A model generated the notes under the pieces. It saw nothing but the letters and a program-made list of their open reading frames with translations, did not search any database and had not been told where the DNA came from. Made by a program: the position numbers and the translations under genes. Positions 40,080 to 52,396 of a stretch of DNA of 64,000 bases are shown here, in pieces; the first letter of the stretch is position 1, and each line of letters opens with the position of its first letter. This DNA is from an uncultured delta proteobacterium (GTDB taxonomy: Bacteria > Desulfobacterota > Zymogenia > Zymogenales > Zymogenaceae), in contig CAVTLK010000004.1 in the NCBI GenBank assembly GCA_963735595.1, positions 512,001-576,000 of the forward strand. The letters are read 5' to 3'.

Positions 40080-40229
40080 ATGAGAGATATCATTATGCTT
40101 GCCTGCACGGAATGCAAGCAGAGAAACTATTCGACGACGAAAAACAAGAAGAGGACTCCGGACCGGCTCGAATTTAAGAAATATTGCAGATTCTGCAAGA
40201 CGCATACGCCGCACAAGGAGACCAAATAA
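40080..40229 (+). CDS. rpmG: 50S ribosomal protein L33 (Zn-binding type)
   Basis: Manual translation [17 protein letters not shown]...[17 protein letters not shown]. Confidence 0.95.
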   Translation: MRDIIMLACTECKQRNYSTTKNKKRTPDRLEFKKYCRFCKTHTPHKETK

Positions 40230-40247
40230 CAGGCTCGATTGTTCAAC

Positions 40248-40324
40248 AGGCCAGTAGCTCTAACGGTTAGAGCACCGGACTCCAAATCCGGGTGCTGGGG
40301 GTTCGAATCCCTCCTGGCCTGCCA
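40248..40324 (+). tRNA. tRNA-Trp(CCA)
   Basis: Cloverleaf, CTCCAAA loop, CCA; canonical position before secE. Confidence 0.96.
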
Positions 40325-40385
40325 TTGACTTACAGTAAGGGGAACGGTTTTTCCAAAACGGTCGTTTCCCGTATGTGATATACAA

Positions 40386-40583
40386 ATGAAAGATACCTGG
40401 GAAAAGATACTTCAGTTCTTTCGTGAGGTGCGGGTCGAAATCAAGAAGGTCACCTGGCCGACTCGAAAGGAAACCATCGCGTCCACGATCGTCGTCTTGA
40501 TAACGACAATTATCATCGGGGCCTTCCTGGGGATAGTAGATTTCTTCCTCTCGACAGGCGTAGAGAAGATCCTGACGGGCTAA
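40386..40583 (+). CDS. secE: Preprotein translocase subunit SecE
   Basis: EIKKVTWP motif plus single TM. Confidence 0.95.
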   Translation: MKDTWEKILQFFREVRVEIKKVTWPTRKETIASTIVVLITTIIIGAFLGIVDFFLSTGVEKILTG

Positions 40584-40589
40584 CGATGA

Positions 40590-40985
40590 TGTGAAAGGGC
40601 TCATCCCCGCTGCTGAAGGTACGGTAATGCAGGGCGGTTGGGGACGGCCCGGCGAAGATCAGGTTCGGCGGATCAGCCGTTTTCCCGGGTACCGGAAATA
40701 TCCGTGAGACGGACGGCCCGCCGCGTAAGGCGACCAGAGGTAATTCGTAGGTGGGACGGCATCCCTTGAGATGCTCGATATAGAGAATAGAGACTACCGG
40801 CGCGAACCCGATGCCCTCGCAACAAACGGTGCAAGGGATGAGAGGGATTTTTGCCGTCTGCAAACCGGGATACCGAAGAGGGTGATACCCGGCAAAAGGC
40901 GGAAGGCATCGTAAGGACGCCGATTAGGAGCGGCCGGAAGTCAAACGTCCCAAATATATAATTGACAGAATAAGTACGAATGACG
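40590..40985 (+). ncRNA. Candidate large structured RNA / nusG leader of unknown family
   Basis: No credible ORF; many hairpins and a seven-level nested domain (see findings). Confidence 0.55.
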
Positions 40986-40989
40986 ATAC

Positions 40990-41520
40990 ATGGCACATAA
41001 ATGGTATATAGTCCATACATACTCGGGATATGAGCAGACCGCAAAATCCGCCCTCGAAGCGCGCGTCAGGTCAATGAGTAAAGAAGACGAGATCATCGAG
41101 GTAATGGTTCCCGCGGAAAAAGTGGTGGAGATGGTCAAGGGTGAAAAGCGGACGACTATGCGCAAGTTCTTCCCCGGCTATATGCTCGTCAAAATGGAGC
41201 TGAACGAGGAGACTTGGCACATCGTCCGTAACACCCCTAAGGTGACCGGTTTTGTCGGAGGTTCTACCCGTCCACCCGCCCTGACCGATAGGGAAGTGGA
41301 AGAGATTCTGAAGCAGATGGAGGACGGGTCCACCAAGCCCAAGCCGAAGGTGACCTTTGAGAAGGGGGACGTCATTACCGTTACCGACGGACCCTTTGCG
41401 ACGTTCACCGGAAGCGTGGATGAAGTCTATCCCGATAAGGGGAAGGTAAAGGTGATGGTGTCTATATTCGGGAGAGCCACACCGGTAGAATTAGAATTTT
41501 TTCAGGTGAAGAAGGGATAG
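40990..41520 (+). CDS. nusG: Transcription termination/antitermination factor NusG
   Basis: WYIVHTYSGYE, FPGY, TPKVTGFVG, KOW domain, IFGR.TPVEL. Confidence 0.97.
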   Translation: MAHKWYIVHTYSGYEQTAKSALEARVRSMSKEDEIIEVMVPAEKVVEMVKGEKRTTMRKFFPGYMLVKMELNEETWHIVRNTPKVTGFVGGSTRPPALTDREVEEILKQMEDGSTKPKPKVTFEKGDVITVTDGPFATFTGSVDEVYPDKGKVKVMVSIFGRATPVELEFFQVKKG

Positions 41521-41535
41521 AGAAAAGGAGTCGCT

Positions 41536-41961
41536 ATGGCAAAGAAGATCACGGGAATGATAAAACTTCAGATACCGGCCGGGCAGGCGACACCGTCGCC
41601 TCCGGTTGGACCCGCGCTCGGTCAGCACGGCGTAAATATCATGGAGTTCTGCAAGATATTCAACGCGAGAACCCAGGCTCAGCCGGGGATGATTATCCCG
41701 GTGGTGATTACCGTTTACGCGGATCGTTCGTTCTCATTTATCACCAAAACCCCTCCGGCGGCGATTCTGATCAAGAAGGCCGTGGGGATCGTCAAAGGGA
41801 GCGGCACGCCGAATAAGGAAAAGGTGGGAACAATCACCAAAAGCCAGATCGAGGAAATCGCAAGGACGAAGCTTCCCGATCTCAATGCCGTAGACCTGCC
41901 CGGGGCGGTGCACATTATTGAAGGCACCGCGCGGAGCATGGGAATAGATATTGTGGAATAA
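41536..41961 (+). CDS. rplK: 50S ribosomal protein L11
   Basis: [17 protein letters not shown]. Confidence 0.97.
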   Translation: MAKKITGMIKLQIPAGQATPSPPVGPALGQHGVNIMEFCKIFNARTQAQPGMIIPVVITVYADRSFSFITKTPPAAILIKKAVGIVKGSGTPNKEKVGTITKSQIEEIARTKLPDLNAVDLPGAVHIIEGTARSMGIDIVE

Positions 41962-41980
41962 GTAAAACCGGAGAGTTGAA

Positions 41981-42685
41981 ATGCCGAGACACGGAAAGCT
42001 ATTTCGTAACATCAAGACCAAGATCGATACCGCAAAACGGTTTGAATTCGACGAGGCCCTTGAGATCATAACAAAGAATCCTGCCGCCAAATTCGACGAG
42101 AGCGTCGACATAGCACTGAGGCTTGGGGTCAACCCGAAGCACTCGGACCAGATGGTGCGCGGGGCGGTAGTGCTCCCGAACGGAACGGGGAAGTCCGTGC
42201 GGGTGCTGGTTTTCGCGAAGGGCGAGAAGGAAAAAGAGGCCATGGACGCCAAGGCGGATTACGTCGGCGCGGAGGACCTTGTGGAGAAGATCAGCGGTGG
42301 CTGGTTTGATTTCGACAAGGCTATCGCGACGCCGGACATCATGGGCCTGGTCAGCAAGCTCGGCAAGATTCTCGGTCCCCGGGGTTTGATGCCAAACGCA
42401 AAGATCGGCACCGTCACCTTTGACGTGGGCAGGGCGATCGCGGAGCTCAAGGCCGGTAAGGTCGATTTCAGGGTCGATAAGAACGGGATTCTCCACGTGG
42501 CGGTCGGTAAGCTTTCCTTCGGACCGGCCAAACTTAAAGAGAATATCATAGCCTTTCTGGAAGCGGTCATGAAGCTCAAACCGTCGACAAGCAAGGGAAC
42601 CTATCTGAGGGGGGTGGCGATCTCCTCAACGATGGGTCCGGGGATAAAGATCGATCCGGTATACGTAAGGAATCTCCTGAAATAA
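41981..42685 (+). CDS. rplA: 50S ribosomal protein L1
   Basis: [23 protein letters not shown]. Confidence 0.97.
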   Translation: MPRHGKLFRNIKTKIDTAKRFEFDEALEIITKNPAAKFDESVDIALRLGVNPKHSDQMVRGAVVLPNGTGKSVRVLVFAKGEKEKEAMDAKADYVGAEDLVEKISGGWFDFDKAIATPDIMGLVSKLGKILGPRGLMPNAKIGTVTFDVGRAIAELKAGKVDFRVDKNGILHVAVGKLSFGPAKLKENIIAFLEAVMKLKPSTSKGTYLRGVAISSTMGPGIKIDPVYVRNLLK

Positions 42686-42719
42686 ACATAGAGATACAGA
42701 ACACATAGTATATATACCT

Positions 42720-42866
42720 CCCCTGTCAGAGACAGCCGGTGCACCTTGCGTGCTTAATCCGAAAGGGCCCGCCGAGACCAGGGTGAAAACGACATGATCC
42801 CTCACGATTTTTGGGGCATGCACGGGCGTTTGCTTTCATGACGCGGGAGAGACGAAGGAGGTTTGG
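42720..42866 (+). promoter_or_regulatory. L10 leader (autogenous rplJL regulatory RNA)
   Basis: GAGACAG.CGG...TTAA...CC.GCCGAGA pattern in the rplA-rplJ spacer. Confidence 0.65.
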
Positions 42867-43397
42867 GTGAAAAAGAAGGAAAAGGAAGTGATCGTATCTG
42901 CGATGCACACGGCCCTTACCGATTCCAGTGTCCTCTTCCTGACGGACTATCGGGGCCTCACGGCAGAGCAGATCAACGAGCTGAGGGGTGGGTTCCGCAA
43001 GGTCGGCGTTCAGTACCGGGTGGTTAAGAATAACCTCCTCAGGCGCGCCGCCGAAGGAACCGATTTTGCGCGCGTCATTGAAAGCGTTACGGGTCCTACC
43101 GGGATGATCGTCTCCAAATCGGACCCCGTTGAGGCCTCCAAAATCCTCGTGGAGTACATGGCCAAGTACAACGTCCTTTCTTTTAAGGCGGGCGTTCTCA
43201 GCGGCAAGCAGTTAGGCGAGGCCGACATTAAGTCGATCGCCAAACTCCCGCCGCGCGACGTGTTGCTGGCCAAGCTCCTCGGGACCATGAACTCGGTTCC
43301 GGGAGGATTTGTTGGAGTGCTGTCCGGAGTTATGAGGAAGTTCGTGTATGCCCTGGCGGCCGTCAAGGAAGCCAAAGAAAGCGGAAAATTAGCCTAA
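42867..43397 (+). CDS. rplJ: 50S ribosomal protein L10
   Basis: DYRGLT, VVKNNL, LP.RDVLLAKL; GTG start after AAGGAGG. Confidence 0.95.
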   Translation: MKKKEKEVIVSAMHTALTDSSVLFLTDYRGLTAEQINELRGGFRKVGVQYRVVKNNLLRRAAEGTDFARVIESVTGPTGMIVSKSDPVEASKILVEYMAKYNVLSFKAGVLSGKQLGEADIKSIAKLPPRDVLLAKLLGTMNSVPGGFVGVLSGVMRKFVYALAAVKEAKESGKLA

Positions 43398-43409
43398 AGG
43401 AGGAGAGTC

Positions 43410-43856
43410 ATGTCGGAAGAGACTATTGTCAAGGAAGAGAAAAAGAAGACGGCAAAGGAAGGATCGGCCGCCAAGATATCCAAAGAGGACGTCATCGCCT
43501 TTATCGAGAGCATGACGGTCCTCGAGCTTGCCGAGCTCGTTAAGGAGCTGGAAGAAAAATTCGGGGTTTCCGCCTCCGCGCCTATGGTTATGGCCGGTGT
43601 TGCTGCCGGCGGCGGTGGTTCCGAGGCCGCGGCGGTCGAGGAGAAGACCGAATTTGACGTCGTCCTGACCGAGGCGGGCGCCGAGAAGATCAAGGTCATC
43701 AAGGTAGTGCGGGAGTTCACTACGCTGGGCCTTAAGGAGGCCAAGGATCTCGTCGAATCGGCTCCGAAGCCGGTGAAAGAGGCCGTTTCAAAAGAGACGG
43801 CCGAAGAAATCAAGAAGAAGCTCGAAGAAGTCGGCGCAAAAGTGGAAATCAAATAA
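43410..43856 (+). CDS. rplL: 50S ribosomal protein L7/L12 with N-terminal extension
   Basis: [31 protein letters not shown]. Confidence 0.96.
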   Translation: MSEETIVKEEKKKTAKEGSAAKISKEDVIAFIESMTVLELAELVKELEEKFGVSASAPMVMAGVAAGGGGSEAAAVEEKTEFDVVLTEAGAEKIKVIKVVREFTTLGLKEAKDLVESAPKPVKEAVSKETAEEIKKKLEEVGAKVEIK

Positions 43857-43867
43857 GTCATCGCTTT

Positions 43868-43893
43868 TGGGGTGGGGGGGTACCCCCACCCCA
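43868..43893. other. Strong hairpin in the rplL-rpoB spacer
   Basis: TGGGGTGGGGG/CCCCCACCCCA; no 3' U-tract. Confidence 0.5.
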
Positions 43894-44012
43894 TCACCGT
43901 ACATTCATCGAACGTACTCAAATACATTATCTGTCTTCTCGATATTCATTTTCATTTCTCATGTCATATTCGGACTCATTACTCGTGACAACGTAACAGT
44001 GAGGGGTTTTTT

Positions 44013-47000
44013 ATGGCCGAAACCGTAAGGAAATATCAGTGGGAACGGGTCGATTTTGGAAAGATCAGAAACATTATCGAGATCCCGAATCTCATCGAGG
44101 TCCAGGAGAGATCCTACCTGCGATTCCTTCAAAAGGACGTACCGTTAGAAGAGCGCGAGGATATTGGTTTGGAGGGTGTTTTCAAGAGCATCTTCCCCAT
44201 CTGGGATTTTAACGAGACGGCATCTCTCGAGTACGTGCACTTTACGCTCAGCGATCCGAAATATGACGTTATCGAGTGTCATCAGCGGGGAATGACCTTT
44301 GCCGCCCCGTTTAAAGTAACGGTCAGGCTCGTCGTATGGGACAAGGACGAGGAGACCGGCGTCAAGAATATCCGTGATATTAAGGAGCAAGAGGTTTTCT
44401 TCGGCGAGATCCCCCTGATGACCGGCAACGGAAGCTTCGTCATCAACGGGACGGAGCGCGTCGTCGTCAGCCAGCTGCACCGGTCACCGGGCGTCTTCTT
44501 CGATCACGACAAGGGCAAAACACACCTGTCCGGTAAGCTTCTCTATTCCTGCCGGATCATTCCGTACCGCGGATCATGGCTTGACTTTGAGTTCGACGCC
44601 CGGGATGTCATCCACGTGCGAATCGACCGGCGGAGGAAATTCCCGGCCACAATACTCCTGAAGGCCCTCGGGTATACTACCGAAGAGCTCCTCAACTTCT
44701 TCTACAAGACCGAGCGGATTATCATCGGGGAAGGTCAATACAGCAAGGTCCCGGCCCTCGAATACCTGGCGGGACAGCGGGCGGCTGTGGATATGGTTGA
44801 CCGCAACGGAGAAGTGATCATAAAGAAAGGGAGGAAGTATACCAAGGCGACGGTCAAGAGAATGGCCGAAGAAGGTATCGATACTATCTCCATCGAGTAT
44901 GAGTCCATGATCGGCAAAATCGCCGCGAAAGATATCGTCGTGCCCGACTCCGGCGAGGTGATCCTCGAGGTAAACGAGGAGATCACCAAGGAAAAGCTTG
45001 AGGAGATCGTCAAGAAGGGAATCCGGGAGTTCATGGTCCTGTTCATCGACGAGGTCAACGTATCGGCGGCTATCCGCAATACGCTATTGGCCGACAAGGT
45101 CTCGTCCCAGAATAACGCCATCATCGAGATCTACCGCAGGCTCCGGCCGGGCGATCCGCCGACTCTCGATACGGCCCAGAACCTCTTCTTTAACCTCTTC
45201 TTCAACGCCGAGCGCTACGACCTTTCCAAGGTCGGCCGTCTCAAACTAAATTACAAACTCGGCCTGGATACCCCCCTGGACGTGCGCATCCTTCTCAAGG
45301 AGGATATCCTCCATTCGGTGCGATACCTTTTTAACCTGCGCAACGGGATCGGCCAGATAGACGACATCGATCATCTTGGAAACCGCCGGGTCAGAGCGGT
45401 CGGTGAGCTGTTGGAAAACCAGTTCCGGATCGGCCTTGTGCGGATGGAGCGGGCGATAAAGGAACGAATGAGCCTGTCGGAGGTGGAGACCCTCATGCCG
45501 CACGACCTGATCAACTCCAAGCCGGTCAGCGCGGTCATCAAGGAATTCTTCGGCTCCTCCCAGCTCTCACAATTCATGGATCAGACCAATCCTCTTTCGG
45601 AGATCACGCACAAACGGAGGTTGTCGGCCCTCGGCCCCGGGGGACTTACCCGGGAACGGGCGGGTTTTGAGGTCCGGGACGTCCATAACACGCACTATGG
45701 CCGTATCTGCCCCATCGAGACGCCGGAGGGCCCCAATATCGGCCTGATCGCGTCGCTATCGACGTACGCCTCCGTCAACGATTACGGCTTCATTGAGACC
45801 CCGTATCGGCGAGTGGAAAACGGGAAAGTAACCGACCAAACCGATTTATTGACGGCCCTGGACGAAGAGGTATGCATCATCGCTCAGGCAAATGCCCCCA
45901 TAGATCAGGACGGTTCTTTCGGCACCGAGATGATCAACGTCAGGCGGGGCGGTGAACCCGCGATGACCAGCTCCGAAGATATTAACTATATGGATGTTTC
46001 GCCCAAGCAGCTGGTGAGCGTCGCGGCATCGCTTATCCCGTTTCTCGAAAACGACGACGCTAACAGGGCCCTCATGGGCTCCAACATGCAGCGGCAGGCG
46101 GTGCCGCTCCTTCGTCCGCAGGCCCCGCTGGTGGGTACCGGCATGGAGCGGGTCGTTGCCAGAGACAGCGGCGTAACGGTTATGGCGAAGCGGGATGGGG
46201 TCGTTGAAAACGTCGATGCGTCCCGTGTTATCATCCGTACCGATGAGGAGAGTGTCTCCGGGGCGGGGGTGGATATCTATAACCTTATCAAGTACCAGCG
46301 ATCAAACCAGAACACCTGTATCAACCAGAAGCCAATCGTCAAAAAGGGAGATCCCATTGTCAAGGGGCAGATCATCGCCGACGGCCCGGCCATCCAGAAC
46401 GGGGAGCTGGCCCTCGGGATCAACGTTATCGTTGCCTTCATGCCGTGGGGCGGATACAACTTCGAGGATTCGATCCTTATCTCCGATAAAGTTGTTCAGG
46501 ACGATTCGTTCACCTCGATTCATATCGAGGAATTCGAGCTCCTGGCGCGGGACACCAAACTGGGGCCGGAAGAGATCACGCGCGACATACCCAACGTCGG
46601 TGAGGAGGCGCTCAAGGATCTGGACGAATCCGGAATAGTCCGGATCGGCGCCGAGGTGCACCCGGGAGATATCCTCATCGGAAAGATATCCCCCAAGGGT
46701 GAGACGCAGCTTTCGCCCGAGGAGAAGCTGCTCAGGGCCATTTTCGGTGAAAAGGCGGGAGACGTCCGGGATTCTTCCCTTCGGGTCCCGCCGGGTATCG
46801 AGGGCATCGTCATCGGGGCGAAGGTATTCTCGCGCAAGGGAATCGAAAAGGACGACCGCACCCGCTCGATAGAGAACGACGAGGTCGAAAAACTCACAAA
46901 GGACATGAACGACGAGATTACGATCATCAAGCATAGCGGGATCGAGCGGATAAAGAACCTCCTGTTGGGCCAGAAGCTATCAGCGAACGTCCTGGACGGC

Positions 47001-48131
47001 AAGGACAACGTCATCATCAAGAAGGGGACTTCCATAGAGGAAGAAAGCTTTGCCGGCCTGAAATTCGAGGATCTCAGGGATATCAAGATCAAGGGGAATG
47101 AAGAGATCACCGATAAGCTCTCACAGATCTATGAGAGCATTTCGGAGCAGATCGACGTCATCAGGATTATCTTTCAGGAGAAAATCAACAAGGTGACACG
47201 GGACGATGAGCTTCCCCCCGGCGTCATCAAGCTCGTCAAGGTCTACGTCGCGATGAAGCGTAAGCTCTCCGTGGGCGATAAGATGGCCGGGCGCCACGGG
47301 AACAAGGGCGTCCTTTCCCGGATACTGCCCGTAGAGGACATGCCGTATATGCAGGACGGTACGCCCGTCGATATCGTGCTCAATCCCCTCGGTGTCCCGT
47401 CCCGTATGAACGTTGGACAGATTCTCGAGACCCACATCGGCTGGGCCGCCAAGGAGATCGGCAATCAGATTAACGAAATCATCGAGAAGAACTTCTCTCC
47501 CCAGGCCCTGCGAAAAAGCCTGGCCGCCGTTTTCGGTATGGGCAACAGAAAAAACTATATTGACGAGCTTTCAGACGATGAGGTCCTGGTCGTGGCCAGG
47601 AAATTCGATAACGGCGTCTTTATTTCAACGCCGGTCTTTGACGGCGCCACGGAGGAAGAGGTTTCTCGGGCGCTGGTCCATGCCGGGCTTCCCGAGCACG
47701 GCCAGGCAACCCTCTACGACGGACGTACGGGCGAAGCGTTCAGGAATTCCGTGACAGTGGGTATGATGTACATGCTTAAGCTCCACCACCTGGTAGATGA
47801 TAAGATCCATGCCCGCTCAATCGGGCCGTACTCCCTGGTTACGCAGCAGCCGCTCGGCGGTAAAGCGCAGTTCGGTGGCCAGCGCCTGGGCGAGATGGAA
47901 GTGTGGGCAATGGAGGCCTACGGGGCCGCCTATTCTCTCCAGGAGTTCCTCACTGTCAAGTCAGACGACGTTACGGGCAGGAACCGCATGTACGAGTCGA
48001 TCGTCAAGGACGAGCAGTACCTCGAGCCGGGACTTCCGGAGTCATTCAACGTCCTGGTCAAGGAGCTCCAGAGCCTCGGGCTTGATATGGACTTAATCGA
48101 ACGGAGTACTAGAAAGGCCAAGGCCAACTAA
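44013..48131 (+). CDS. rpoB: DNA-directed RNA polymerase subunit beta
   Basis: [30 protein letters not shown]. Confidence 0.99.
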   Translation: MAETVRKYQWERVDFGKIRNIIEIPNLIEVQERSYLRFLQKDVPLEEREDIGLEGVFKSIFPIWDFNETASLEYVHFTLSDPKYDVIECHQRGMTFAAPFKVTVRLVVWDKDEETGVKNIRDIKEQEVFFGEIPLMTGNGSFVINGTERVVVSQLHRSPGVFFDHDKGKTHLSGKLLYSCRIIPYRGSWLDFEFDARDVIHVRIDRRRKFPATILLKALGYTTEELLNFFYKTERIIIGEGQYSKVPALEYLAGQRAAVDMVDRNGEVIIKKGRKYTKATVKRMAEEGIDTISIEYESMIGKIAAKDIVVPDSGEVILEVNEEITKEKLEEIVKKGIREFMVLFIDEVNVSAAIRNTLLADKVSSQNNAIIEIYRRLRPGDPPTLDTAQNLFFNLFFNAERYDLSKVGRLKLNYKLGLDTPLDVRILLKEDILHSVRYLFNLRNGIGQIDDIDHLGNRRVRAVGELLENQFRIGLVRMERAIKERMSLSEVETLMPHDLINSKPVSAVIKEFFGSSQLSQFMDQTNPLSEITHKRRLSALGPGGLTRERAGFEVRDVHNTHYGRICPIETPEGPNIGLIASLSTYASVNDYGFIETPYRRVENGKVTDQTDLLTALDEEVCIIAQANAPIDQDGSFGTEMINVRRGGEPAMTSSEDINYMDVSPKQLVSVAASLIPFLENDDANRALMGSNMQRQAVPLLRPQAPLVGTGMERVVARDSGVTVMAKRDGVVENVDASRVIIRTDEESVSGAGVDIYNLIKYQRSNQNTCINQKPIVKKGDPIVKGQIIADGPAIQNGELALGINVIVAFMPWGGYNFEDSILISDKVVQDDSFTSIHIEEFELLARDTKLGPEEITRDIPNVGEEALKDLDESGIVRIGAEVHPGDILIGKISPKGETQLSPEEKLLRAIFGEKAGDVRDSSLRVPPGIEGIVIGAKVFSRKGIEKDDRTRSIENDEVEKLTKDMNDEITIIKHSGIERIKNLLLGQKLSANVLDGKDNVIIKKGTSIEEESFAGLKFEDLRDIKIKGNEEITDKLSQIYESISEQIDVIRIIFQEKINKVTRDDELPPGVIKLVKVYVAMKRKLSVGDKMAGRHGNKGVLSRILPVEDMPYMQDGTPVDIVLNPLGVPSRMNVGQILETHIGWAAKEIGNQINEIIEKNFSPQALRKSLAAVFGMGNRKNYIDELSDDEVLVVARKFDNGVFISTPVFDGATEEEVSRALVHAGLPEHGQATLYDGRTGEAFRNSVTVGMMYMLKLHHLVDDKIHARSIGPYSLVTQQPLGGKAQFGGQRLGEMEVWAMEAYGAAYSLQEFLTVKSDDVTGRNRMYESIVKDEQYLEPGLPESFNVLVKELQSLGLDMDLIERSTRKAKAN

Positions 48132-48149
48132 CGATAGAGAGGTGTAAAC

Positions 48150-51100
48150 TTGGACGACATTTATAGCTATTTTGAAAAGCCGCGGGACCCAATTGACATC
48201 GAGGCGGTTAAGATCTCGATCGCGTCGCCGGAGAAGATTCGGTCATGGTCCCACGGTGAAGTAAAAAAGCCGGAGACCATTAATTACCGCACCTTCAAGC
48301 CGGAGCGAGACGGTCTATTCTGCGCAAAGATCTTCGGGCCCACGAAGGACTACGAATGCAACTGCGGGAAGTATAAGCGCATGAAGCACCGCGGTGTCGT
48401 CTGTGAAAAGTGCGGCGTCGAGGTGATTCAGTCCAAGGTCAGGCGGGAGCGTCTCGGGCATATCGAGCTTGCCACCCCCGTCACCCACATCTGGTTCTTG
48501 AAGAGCCTTCCCTCCCGGGTAGGGACGGTACTTGACATCAGCCTGAAGGACCTGGAGCGTATCCTCTACTTTGAGACCTACGTCGTCAAAGATCCGAAGG
48601 AGACCCCCCACCAGAAGGGCGACCTCCTTACCGACGACCAGCTATACCGCGTTAGGGAAAAACACGGGGAAATCGAAGTCGATATCGGCGCAGAAGCCAT
48701 CCGCGACCTTCTTCGGGAGCTTGATATCAGCAAGCTCGCCGACGATCTCCGGCGGGAGATGAAGGAGACCAATTCGGAGGCCAAGCGCAAGAAAATAGCC
48801 AAGCGTCTCAAGGTCATCGAGGCGTTCCTGCTTTCCGGCAACCGCCCCGAGTGGATGGTCATGGAATGCATCCCGGTCATTCCGCCCGATCTCAGGCCGC
48901 TGGTGCCGCTCGATGGGGGCAGGTTCGCGACTTCCGACCTCAACGACCTCTATCGGCGGGTTATCAACCGGAACAACCGCCTCAAAAGGCTGCAGGATCT
49001 CAATGCCCCCGGCATTATCATACAGAACGAGAAGCGGATGCTGCAGGAGTCGGTGGATGCGCTCTTTGACAACGGACGGCGCGGCAGGGCCATTACCGGC
49101 CAGAACAAGCGTCCGCTCAAGTCGTTGTCCGATATGCTTAAGGGCAAGCAGGGCCGGTTCCGCCAGAACCTCCTGGGCAAACGCGTTGACTACTCGGGCC
49201 GCTCGGTTATCGTCATCGGCCCGGAGCTGCGGCTCCACCAGTGCGGGTTGCCCAAGAAGATGGCCGTCGAGCTGTTCAAGCCCTTTATCTACGCCAAGCT
49301 GGAGAACCAGGGGTTCGTCTCCACCATCAAGAGCGCCAAGAAGGCGGTGGAAAAGGAGCGGCCCGAGGTGTGGGATATCCTGGACGAAGTCATCAAGGAA
49401 CATCCGGTTCTATTAAACCGCGCACCGACGCTCCATCGTCTCGGGATACAGGCGTTTGAGCCGATTCTCATCGAAGGGAAGGCTATTCAGCTACACCCGC
49501 TGGTCTGCACCGCGTTCAACGCCGACTTTGATGGAGACCAGATGGCGGTCCACGTACCGCTGTCCGTCGAGGCCCAGGTAGAGGCGCGGGTTCTCATGAT
49601 GAGTACGAATAACATCCTGCTTCCGGCCAACGGAAAACCGATCATCGTGCCGAGCCAGGACATCGTACTGGGTCTATACTATATGACCCGCAGCCGGGAT
49701 GGGGTTTACGGAGAGAAGAAGGTATTCGCCGATCTGGACGAGGTGCGGATGGCCTTTGACGCCGGCGAGGTGGACCTGCAGGCCAAGGTCAGGGTCCGCG
49801 TAAACGGGAAGCTCGTAGAGACGACGACCGGTCGCTGCATCCTCTACGAGGTTGTTCCCAAGGAGATCCCCTTCGAGGCGGTCAATACCGTTATGACCAA
49901 GAAGGAGGTCGTCCGTCTCATCGACCTCTCATATCGAAACGCCGGCAATAAGAGCACGGTGCTTCTGGCAGACCGGCTAAAGGACCTCGGTTATAAATAT
50001 GCCACCAACGCGGGAATCTCTATATCCATCAAAGATATGCGCATACCCACCAACAAGCACGACCTGCTGGAGTCCGCCGCACAGGAGGTTCAGAAGGTCG
50101 AGCATCAGTACACCGAGGGATTGATCACCGACGGGGAACGCTACAATAAGGTTATTGATATATGGGCCGAGGTTACCGAAGAGATCGCCCGACAAATGGC
50201 CGATGAGCTCTCGTATGATACCGTTATCGATAAGGACGGCAAGGAGCGGCGCATCCCGAGCTTCAATTCGATTCACATGATGGTTGACTCCGGATCCCGG
50301 GGCTCTCAACAGCAAATCAGGCAGCTGGCCGGGATGCGGGGGCTCATGGCAAAACCTTCCGGCGAGATTATAGAGACGCCGATTACCGCCAACTTCCGCG
50401 AGGGGCTGACCGTTCTGCAGTACTTTATCTCGACCCACGGTGCGCGCAAGGGCCTTGCCGATACCGCGCTCAAAACGGCCAACTCCGGGTATCTCACCCG
50501 GCGTCTCGTGGACGTCGTGCAGGATGTCATTATCTCCGAGGAAGACTGCGGAACGGCCGACGGTATCTTCGTGACTCCCCTGATGGAGGGGGGCGAGATA
50601 ATCGAGCCGGTAGGAGACCGCATACTCGGTAAGGTCGCCCTTGACGACATACGCGATCCCTATACCGAGGAAATACTGATTCACGCCAACGAGGAAATTG
50701 ACGAAGCCCTGGTCGAGAAGATCGAAGAAGCGGGGCTGGAGCGTATCAAGACCCGGTCAGTCCTCACGTGCCGTACCAAGCGGGGCATCTGCGCCAAATG
50801 TTACGGGCGGGACCTGGCCCGGGGCCAGGAGGCAAACATCGGCGAGGCCGTCGGCGTTATCGCGGCCCAGTCCATCGGCGAGCCGGGCACACAGCTTACA
50901 ATGAGGACCTTCCACATCGGCGGCACGGCCTCCCGGCGGGCCGAGCAGACGATGCTCGAGACAAGAAACGAGGGAACGGTAAAGTACTTCAATCTGAACG
51001 TCGTCAAGAATAAGGAAGGCTTCTTTATCGTCATGAATCGCAACGGCGAAATCATCATCCAGGACGAAAGCGGCCGCGAGCGGGAGCGGTACTCCCTCAT

Positions 51101-52235
51101 CTACGGCTCCAAGCTTCTGGTGGCCGAGGACGACCAGGTGAGCGCCGGCCAGTTGGTAGCCGAATGGGACCCCTACACGCTCCCGATTCTCACCGAGGTT
51201 AGCGGTATTATCAAGTTCGGCGACGTGATCGAGGGCGTTACCATGCAGGAACAATTGGACCCCGTGACCAGCCTTTCGAGAAAGGTCATCGTGGAATCCA
51301 AGGACCCGGATACCCGTCCCCGCGTCTCCATCAAGGACGACCAGGGAAAGACCCTGAAACTGCCCGGTTCGACGGCCATGGCACGCTACTTCATGCCGGT
51401 CGGGGCTAACCTCATGGTTTCGGAGGGAAGCCGCGTGGAAGCCGGTGACGTCCTGTCCAAAATCCCCCGGGAAACAACCAAGACAAAAGACATCACGGGC
51501 GGTCTGCCGCGGGTGGCGGAGCTTTTCGAGGCGCGGCGCCCCAAGGAGTTTGCCGTTATTTCGGAGATCGACGGTGTCGTGAGCTTCGGCAAGGATGTCA
51601 AAGGAAAGCGCAAGGTCATCATTACTCCCGATGTTGGAGAGCCCAAAGAATATCTGATCGCCAAGGGAAAGCATATCAACGTACACGAGAACGATTTAGT
51701 CAGGGCGGGGGAGCCCCTCATGGAGGGGTCCGCGAACCCGCATGACATCCTCCAGGTTCTTGGAGAAAAGGAACTGGCCAAGTACCTCGTCGACGAGGTC
51801 CAGGAGGTATACCGGCTTCAGGGCGTCAAGATAAACGACAAACACATAGAGGTCATCGTGCGACAGATGCTCAGGCGTGTCAGGATTACCGATGTGGGTG
51901 ACACGAAGTTCCTGGTCGGCGAGCAGGTGGAAAAGCACGAGTTTGAAGAGGAGAACCGGTCCGCTATCGGCAAAGGGGGCAGTCCGGCCGTTGGAGAGCC
52001 GCTGCTGTTGGGGATTACCAAGGCATCCCTGTCCACCGACAGCTTCCTGTCGGCCGCCTCGTTCCAGGAGACCACCAAGGTTCTCACCGAGGCCTCGATC
52101 CTCGGTAAGGTGGACTACCTGCAGGGGCTCAAGGAAAACGTATTGATGGGAAGGCTCATCCCCGCCGGTACCGGATACCAGAAGTACCACGAACTGGAGC
52201 GGGAAGTAGATCAGGAGGAGGCGGTGGCCGATTGA
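48150..52235 (+). CDS. rpoC: DNA-directed RNA polymerase subunit beta'
   Basis: NADFDGDQM, zinc-binding Cys motifs; TTG start after GAGGTG. Confidence 0.99.
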   Translation: MDDIYSYFEKPRDPIDIEAVKISIASPEKIRSWSHGEVKKPETINYRTFKPERDGLFCAKIFGPTKDYECNCGKYKRMKHRGVVCEKCGVEVIQSKVRRERLGHIELATPVTHIWFLKSLPSRVGTVLDISLKDLERILYFETYVVKDPKETPHQKGDLLTDDQLYRVREKHGEIEVDIGAEAIRDLLRELDISKLADDLRREMKETNSEAKRKKIAKRLKVIEAFLLSGNRPEWMVMECIPVIPPDLRPLVPLDGGRFATSDLNDLYRRVINRNNRLKRLQDLNAPGIIIQNEKRMLQESVDALFDNGRRGRAITGQNKRPLKSLSDMLKGKQGRFRQNLLGKRVDYSGRSVIVIGPELRLHQCGLPKKMAVELFKPFIYAKLENQGFVSTIKSAKKAVEKERPEVWDILDEVIKEHPVLLNRAPTLHRLGIQAFEPILIEGKAIQLHPLVCTAFNADFDGDQMAVHVPLSVEAQVEARVLMMSTNNILLPANGKPIIVPSQDIVLGLYYMTRSRDGVYGEKKVFADLDEVRMAFDAGEVDLQAKVRVRVNGKLVETTTGRCILYEVVPKEIPFEAVNTVMTKKEVVRLIDLSYRNAGNKSTVLLADRLKDLGYKYATNAGISISIKDMRIPTNKHDLLESAAQEVQKVEHQYTEGLITDGERYNKVIDIWAEVTEEIARQMADELSYDTVIDKDGKERRIPSFNSIHMMVDSGSRGSQQQIRQLAGMRGLMAKPSGEIIETPITANFREGLTVLQYFISTHGARKGLADTALKTANSGYLTRRLVDVVQDVIISEEDCGTADGIFVTPLMEGGEIIEPVGDRILGKVALDDIRDPYTEEILIHANEEIDEALVEKIEEAGLERIKTRSVLTCRTKRGICAKCYGRDLARGQEANIGEAVGVIAAQSIGEPGTQLTMRTFHIGGTASRRAEQTMLETRNEGTVKYFNLNVVKNKEGFFIVMNRNGEIIIQDESGRERERYSLIYGSKLLVAEDDQVSAGQLVAEWDPYTLPILTEVSGIIKFGDVIEGVTMQEQLDPVTSLSRKVIVESKDPDTRPRVSIKDDQGKTLKLPGSTAMARYFMPVGANLMVSEGSRVEAGDVLSKIPRETTKTKDITGGLPRVAELFEARRPKEFAVISEIDGVVSFGKDVKGKRKVIITPDVGEPKEYLIAKGKHINVHENDLVRAGEPLMEGSANPHDILQVLGEKELAKYLVDEVQEVYRLQGVKINDKHIEVIVRQMLRRVRITDVGDTKFLVGEQVEKHEFEEENRSAIGKGGSPAVGEPLLLGITKASLSTDSFLSAASFQETTKVLTEASILGKVDYLQGLKENVLMGRLIPAGTGYQKYHELEREVDQEEAVAD

Positions 52236-52332
52236 GCACGGTAAGCGGGACGCGCCGGGAAAGCGGATCGGCTATTTACTGTTCGGCGGCAATAGGTAAA
52301 CGTTCTTTTCTTATAAAGCCGGCAGAAAAAGC

Positions 52333-52360
52333 TTGACAAAACTAATTATCCTGATATTAT
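52333..52360 (+). promoter_or_regulatory. Putative str operon promoter
   Basis: TTGACA (52333-52338), 16 nt, TGn-TATTAT (52355-52360). Confidence 0.55.
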
Positions 52361-52396
52361 TACAGAGTTTTTCTCTATTGGACTATAGGAGTATTG

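Noticed and set aside
40657..40680. GATCAGGTTCGGCGGATCAGCC resembles SRP RNA helix 8
   Set aside because: Lacks the GNRA tetraloop and AGCAG symmetric loop, and there is no long SRP rod around it.
40590..40985. RNase P RNA, group I/II intron or c-di-GMP riboswitch as the identity of the secE-nusG spacer
   Set aside because: No GAGGAAAGTCC/CGGCTTA pair, no group II domain V, no recognisable group I core; the GCAAAC...GCAAA segment lacks the GEMM consensus.
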